The notes under the pieces: model-generated | Database searches by the model: none | What the model was told of the DNA's origin: nothing | The model's input: the letters and a program-made list of their open reading frames with translations, nothing else | Program-made: the position numbers and the translations under genes | Part shown: piece by piece, positions 58,955 to 64,000 of the stretch | How positions within the stretch are numbered: the first letter of the stretch is position 1 | Layout: every line of letters begins with the position of its first letter | Virus record (IMG/VR): IMGVR_UViG_3300035180_003568 | DNA length: 64,000 nucleotides | DNA from: an uncultured virus (IMG/VR IMGVR_UViG_3300035180_003568) | Taxonomy: Duplodnaviria; Heunggongvirae; Uroviricota; Caudoviricetes | Reading direction: 5' to 3' (one strand)

Positions 58955-59385
58955 GTGCGTAATTATGGCATTGGTAACCCAATGTGTGGAATTAAATTAT
59001 TAGGCGAAGCTAATGGTAATTTCGGAAAAGAAATGAAACCTCATGTAAAAGAAATTCTCATTAAGATTCGTCGAAAACTATCTGACGAACAAATAAAAGA
59101 GACCATTTCTCTTTATTCATCAGGAGATCATTCCCAAACATTATTATCACAACAATACGGCATGTCATTGACACAAATACACCGTATTATTAAATGGCAA
59201 TAGTTGGAGAAATAAAAACACGATGAAGTTACGACTAAAAAGAATCTTACTGCCAATGACATTATCATTATCAGACAATTATATTCTTCTGGGAAATATG
59301 CTCAAAAGAATTGTCTATACGATTCAATTGTTCATTAGCTCACATGAATAGAATTATCAATTGTAAAAAGTGGAAAACACTTTAA
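58955..59385 (+). pseudogene. Homing-endonuclease DNA-binding (NUMOD3/HTH) remnant
   Basis: GEANGNFGK, two KL...I...LYSSG..SQ..L.....I.RII..W repeats, frameshifted, no nuclease domain. Confidence 0.55.
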
Positions 59386-59401
59386 CTCCAGAGCAAAAAG
59401 A

Positions 59402-59435
59402 AAGACCGGGATGGTCTATAACGCATCCCGGTCTT
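59402..59435 (-). terminator. Intrinsic terminator after rIIB
   Basis: AAGACCGGGATG/CATCCCGGTCTT stem followed by T-rich tract on minus strand. Confidence 0.8.
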
Positions 59436-59452
59436 ATCTAAACTTATTTCAA

Positions 59453-60307
59453 TTAAAGAATCTCATCGTGGTAAGGATATTCATCCTCACACTCTCCGCT
59501 GCAATCCTCATCGCCACAATATTGACAGAAAGTCTCGTCTTCTTCCTCGTCTTTAGGAAAGTCAGTATAGCGAAGGCTATCATCAGATGCCCTATCTACT
59601 ACACCAAGTACTTTATATCTACAGGTCCTCATCTTTGCCTGATTGTAGTCAACGGGCACCGCAACAACATCAGCCGGATCAACCTCAACCTCTAACATAA
59701 CGCCACCACCGTAGAAATTGGCAGCATAATCCCAGTTAGCTACATGTAAACCATTGCTGCATGTCTGGTTTGGGTCCTCATTCACCTGATTGCGAGGCAT
59801 CTCGACCACTTTGCCAGGCGAGTTATCAAATGTTCCAGAATGGACATCCTTAAAATCCTCACGTACCTTTTTATACGCGATGAAATTACCACTCTCAGTA
59901 ATTGGGTGATCATTCTTCTCCAAGAATTGGAAGAGCTGATTTACAGAGCGATATGATGGATTTTTTTGTAACTTCTCAGCGAACCTAACCAAAGGTTCGT
60001 ATGGAAGACCTTCGTTTGAAAACTTCAAAATCTTATTGCCAAGAACCTCTGGGGCGGGCGTTCCATTTACCAAAATCTGACCATCACGCACCATGAATGC
60101 GCCATCAGAATACTTCTCAATCCTCTTGGAAGTTGAGATGAGCATCGGGATTTCGTCCATCCGCTTCTCTTTAAGAGCCTTGATTAACTTATTGGCTAAC
60201 TCGCCCGTTCTAGCAACGATATGAGTCTGCCCTTCATAATTGACTGTGATATTGTGGTCTGTGACTAACCAATTAACTTTTTTCTCTGACATCTGTCTCT
60301 CCTTCAT
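59453..60307 (-). CDS. rIIB: RIIB-like protein
   Basis: NPS..SV.QL..FL, FIAYKKV, MPRNQV..DP..TCS.GLH, VP.DY...K.R.C.Y; follows rIIA. Confidence 0.9.
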   Translation of the reverse strand: MKERQMSEKKVNWLVTDHNITVNYEGQTHIVARTGELANKLIKALKEKRMDEIPMLISTSKRIEKYSDGAFMVRDGQILVNGTPAPEVLGNKILKFSNEGLPYEPLVRFAEKLQKNPSYRSVNQLFQFLEKNDHPITESGNFIAYKKVREDFKDVHSGTFDNSPGKVVEMPRNQVNEDPNQTCSNGLHVANWDYAANFYGGGVMLEVEVDPADVVAVPVDYNQAKMRTCRYKVLGVVDRASDDSLRYTDFPKDEEEDETFCQYCGDEDCSGECEDEYPYHDEIL

Positions 60308-60316
60308 TAAATCTTA

Positions 60317-62389
60317 TTAAGCCTTATCAATTAAGTTTACATATTGTGCAATACTGCTACATAGTTGTTCGTAATTATACACACTAATTGCACTTAACAG
60401 CGGATATTTTTCATCAATCTTTTTTTGGAGTTTTGGTAGGTTTCTATCTGGATTGGAATTTTCATAATCCGCCATATCCTTTTTTGAAATCTCTCCAGCT
60501 ACTAATTCATATAAATCTAACATCGAGTCATGCTGTTGAGCGAGTTTACTTATAGTGTTATGTAATTCAATCTTTTTAAGGAAGAGTGAATTCTTATCTT
60601 CAATCATTGGAGATAGTTTTTTTGCTACAGAAATTAATCTGGCTTCAACATAATGACTCTGTGTCGCTGCAAACTTTATCTCGACAAAATTCGTTTTCTT
60701 GGCATCAGAAAAATTCTCTTTTAGAAAATCTTCTAAATTGCCAAAATCCTCGGCAATCCTATCGTCTGAAATGTCGCTATCAATGCCATAAAATGAAACT
60801 TTGGGATGAAGTTCTTGTAATCCCTTAAATATATGTGCAGAAATAAGTTTCTTGTTTTCCAAGATGGCACTTCTATTGGCAGAAGCGTCCCTGGTTAGTT
60901 TGCAAAGAATTTTGTCCTGAGAATCTACGTCAATTGACGAATATGATACCTGCCTAAAAGCCGCAGCCTTGGGATCAAACTTGAAGACTAATAGTCTGGA
61001 AGTTGCTGGAGTATAATTACGAGCAGTCGCCGTTGCAACGGATGACAGTAGCTTATATCCCATTTTATCAAAATGGTACTTCTTTTTCAAGACATCTAAG
61101 GTTACCTTGTCATTTGCGCAAACCACCTGAACAGATGTTAAATTTGAATCTGTATCGAAAATCTTTCGCACATGCTTAGGTGTTGGTTCCTTAAGAGGAA
61201 GGTCATTGAAATATAGCGCGGAATTATTTTGGAAAACTAAATGGTTATTCAGTCCCCTCCTAATCTTATTAGAATCATATCCTTTACCACGGGGATAGCC
61301 TCCTTTCTGGAAGTAATACACGGAACAATCCACAGAATCGTGTCGATTACGAAGCTCAATTCCTTGCCAAGTCAATTTGCCCAAAAATGTAATATTACTA
61401 AAGCTATTGGTAAGCTCGGACTGGAAGAAGATATTTGCTGACCATAGATCAGGCAGGGATGCTATTTTATCTTCCACACGTTTCTTAAGTTCTTTTACAA
61501 CTAATTCAATTCGTTTAGAAATCTTTGCCTGCGTCGGCTTATCAAGGTAAACCGCTTCACGGCTGGCTGAAAGACTCAATTCCCCAATACCAAAGTAAAG
61601 ATACAAATTACCATAAAGCGCGCCGATCACGGCGCTGTCAGCATAGGTCTTGAGAGCGTTTAGGTCAACGGGATACTCAATCCCGTCAATAATAATCTTA
61701 ACAGTGCGGTTATAATCGTTAGACGCCATGACCGCCCAGCCAGTACCCGAGATGGTTTTCGTAGGAGTTTTATAGTCAAATTTCCCGCCTCGAATAATAG
61801 GAAGAACATCCCAGTGGCGGGTTGCAAACTCTGTCCATTCCGCAAAATTACGGAAATCCGCAGGTTTGACAGGAACGATAATCTCGGTCCCGTTTTTCTC
61901 GGTGGTTGGAGACTCTCCAAGAGTCATTAGTTTGCCGACCTTTGTCTCATCAATTACGCAAGCGTAATTGTACTCAATGCCATTAAATACTGTCTTAATA
62001 GTAAATGTATCGCTATACGAGAATGGAGTTTTAGCACCCAATCCAAAACCTCCGGTCTGGATATTGTCCTCTCTCTTGGTACTCGCTGTATACTTAATAA
62101 AAATGTTAGACATGCGATCGGGACTAATCCCCGGACCAAAATCTCTGACTTTATAGAAAGGCTCTAGAGCGTTTGGGATAGTGATTTCCACCGGAACATC
62201 TTCCATTCCGACTTCTCGATGCGCGTCGCGCGCATTACACGAAATTTCTCGGCAAATAGCGAGAATGGGATTTGAATACATCTTATTGCGTAAGATGTCG
62301 AAAATCATTCCCTGATCTTGAATTGAGAAGAACTGCTCCTGCAACTCACCCGATGTTTCTACTGTAGGACGAATATCACTAAATTTCAT
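60317..62389 (-). CDS. rIIA: RIIA-like protein
   Basis: MYSNPILAICREISCNARDAH, VRDFGPG, STKR, GGFGLGAKTPFSY (GHKL domain). Confidence 0.9.
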   Translation of the reverse strand: MKFSDIRPTVETSGELQEQFFSIQDQGMIFDILRNKMYSNPILAICREISCNARDAHREVGMEDVPVEITIPNALEPFYKVRDFGPGISPDRMSNIFIKYTASTKREDNIQTGGFGLGAKTPFSYSDTFTIKTVFNGIEYNYACVIDETKVGKLMTLGESPTTEKNGTEIIVPVKPADFRNFAEWTEFATRHWDVLPIIRGGKFDYKTPTKTISGTGWAVMASNDYNRTVKIIIDGIEYPVDLNALKTYADSAVIGALYGNLYLYFGIGELSLSASREAVYLDKPTQAKISKRIELVVKELKKRVEDKIASLPDLWSANIFFQSELTNSFSNITFLGKLTWQGIELRNRHDSVDCSVYYFQKGGYPRGKGYDSNKIRRGLNNHLVFQNNSALYFNDLPLKEPTPKHVRKIFDTDSNLTSVQVVCANDKVTLDVLKKKYHFDKMGYKLLSSVATATARNYTPATSRLLVFKFDPKAAAFRQVSYSSIDVDSQDKILCKLTRDASANRSAILENKKLISAHIFKGLQELHPKVSFYGIDSDISDDRIAEDFGNLEDFLKENFSDAKKTNFVEIKFAATQSHYVEARLISVAKKLSPMIEDKNSLFLKKIELHNTISKLAQQHDSMLDLYELVAGEISKKDMADYENSNPDRNLPKLQKKIDEKYPLLSAISVYNYEQLCSSIAQYVNLIDKA

Positions 62390-62397
62390 TTATTTCC

Positions 62398-62871
62398 CTA
62401 AATTGAAAATTGGCGAGCAACAGCCATTGGCGCCCGCCTCCTATAAGAGTTTAAATCGTAAAAAATTGCCGTCAAGGGGGTCTTATTTTTTAAATTTGAC
62501 CACGTTTTGCTTTCCGCGATCTTCTTTAATAAAATTCGCGTGCGCTTGCTCGGATCTTTAGTTAAGAACCCTTTGCCAATTCCTTTGGAATAATCAAGTT
62601 TTGATTTGAATTGATGCTTAGTAATATCAAGAATAAAACCTGATGAATGTTTCAAAAAACAATGATTGGTTGAATTAACTTTCATACAATATGGTGTCCA
62701 ACCAGCATCTTTACCACCAAGTAAATGATAAGCCGCCTCACTAACAACATAACAATGCCCGTAAGTCGTGTCAAGTAGCGGGTGTAATTTTTTATATTTG
62801 TGGCGCTTGCTATCTAATAAATCATCAGATAGATTCTATATAAATAGCTCTTTAAATTCAAACCACTCCAT
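62398..62871 (-). pseudogene. Hypothetical protein (GHCYVVSEA motif), frameshifted near its start
   Basis: ATG 62871 MEWFEFKELFI is out of frame with LSDDLL...GHCYVVSEAAYHLLGG...ILDIT..QF. Confidence 0.5.
62448..62475 (-). promoter_or_regulatory. Sigma70-like promoter upstream of rIIA
   Basis: TTGACG-N16-TAAACT. Confidence 0.55.
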
Positions 62872-63126
62872 TTATTTATCATTATAATTAAGTCGCTTTA
62901 ATAAGCCCTTAAGAGCCGCATCAAATGACTTGAATGATGAAAATACATTTCGTACGACCCATTTGCCATTATTGCATTCAATAATGCCCGATATCTGGTA
63001 TCTTCCAATACATATTTTGTATGCTTTATTACTAAGATCATGACCGCCATTACGGTATACGTATGGATAATCGCTATAGCAAAAGCTCATCTTGTCAGAT
63101 ATTATTAAATCTTCTTTTTTAATCAT
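62872..63126 (-). CDS. Hypothetical protein
   Basis: ATGA overlap with upstream gene stop. Confidence 0.45.
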   Translation of the reverse strand: MIKKEDLIISDKMSFCYSDYPYVYRNGGHDLSNKAYKICIGRYQISGIIECNNGKWVVRNVFSSFKSFDAALKGLLKRLNYNDK

Positions 63127-63569
63127 TTGCCACACATCGCCAAGAAAACTATAGCCCATAAAAATGTAAGGTGAATAATTTGGTCAACTGCAATCATTAA
63201 TATCTTTCCAAGAGGAGTTGAAATGAATTCAATGAATCCTTTCTTTGGATCATTAGGCGCTTGCATCTCGGCAGGTTTTCTAATATATTTTGCCCAAAAG
63301 AAAACTGGTAAATATGTATCCTCAATAAAGTGAGACCAAAATAGGACATTCAAGCCAATTAACCATGCCCACCAAGAAAATCCTAATGCCCACATGGCAG
63401 GAACAAAACCAGCAGTATAGATTAAACAATGACGGGCGCGAACCTTGGGATTATTATGCTTTGCCATCGCCTCCGCGTGAGTTTGACAAATCCAGTCCAC
63501 AAAAAAGTGAATGAAAGTGAACAGGGCAAATAAACCGCCAGCTAACGCCAACTTATGTAACATATCCAT
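63123..63569 (-). CDS. DUF3307-family membrane protein
   Basis: HFFVDW..QT..A..K, HC.IY, SHFIED, DQIIH. Confidence 0.8.
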   Translation of the reverse strand: MDMLHKLALAGGLFALFTFIHFFVDWICQTHAEAMAKHNNPKVRARHCLIYTAGFVPAMWALGFSWWAWLIGLNVLFWSHFIEDTYLPVFFWAKYIRKPAEMQAPNDPKKGFIEFISTPLGKILMIAVDQIIHLTFLWAIVFLAMCGK

Positions 63570-63661
63570 TATGACTTCCTCCAGAATTTTGTCTTATCCT
63601 TTTAGTTTGATAAGCTTGCAAAATTCCATCATACATATCTTGTAAGTCTTCAAATTCCATT

Positions 63662-63862
63662 TTATATCAATTTTATTGAAAATATAATTTTATCCTTATT
63701 GAAGACCCTTTTAACTACCTGGAAAGTAGTTCCTAAGTATTCTGCGGCAAGTTTAATTGCCTCCCTAATGGAATTAGAGCGTTTATTGAAAACAATAAAA
63801 TGTTCGCTCTTTAGCCCCATAATATGATATTGTAGAATATTAATTTTGAATGGTTTCACCAT
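63662..63862 (-). CDS. Hypothetical protein
   Basis: 66-aa ORF. Confidence 0.4.
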   Translation of the reverse strand: MVKPFKINILQYHIMGLKSEHFIVFNKRSNSIREAIKLAAEYLGTTFQVVKRVFNKDKIIFSIKLI

Positions 63863-64000
63863 AAATTACCTACTCAAATTAAAAAATAAACCAGAAGATA
63901 AAATTATCCACATAATAAAAAACTCAGTTAAACTCATAACTTCTCCAACATTTGGTTATTGTATATCCAAATATTGTTAAGAAAATATTGTATACAATTT

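Noticed and set aside
1..64000. Genome-wide TAG reassignment (code 15-like)
   Set aside because: Long conserved genes are uninterrupted under code 11, coding density is already high, and several genes end plausibly at TAG (e.g. RNA ligase at 44587; TAG TAA at 41979).

Overview
AT-rich, gene-dense window with almost all genes on the minus strand, best read as part of a jumbo ('huge') bacteriophage genome. Phage-type genes include rIIA/rIIB, T4-like RNA ligase and PNK, HNH/LAGLIDADG-type endonucleases and many orphans. Host-like replication genes include dnaE, sbcCD, topA and ftsK. There is an unusually full translation/proteostasis kit: trigger factor, peptide deformylase, bS21, two ClpP paralogs, DksA, a Pth2-like protein, Thg1, tmRNA and six tRNAs. 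A glycosyltransferase/methyltransferase island and several decayed genes are also present. The most notable observation is a compact amber-readthrough module at about 32.4-33.7 kb. A leader peptide MKNNFL-[TAG]-NRSRAPP carries a RAPP arrest-like motif that overlaps a hairpin hiding the next gene's Shine-Dalgarno site. It is followed by an unknown protein, a peptidyl-tRNA hydrolase gene with TAG as its third codon, and two tRNAs with CUA anticodons, in a genome that otherwise reads in the standard code. All assignments are from motif recognition by eye; no database searches or folding programs were run.
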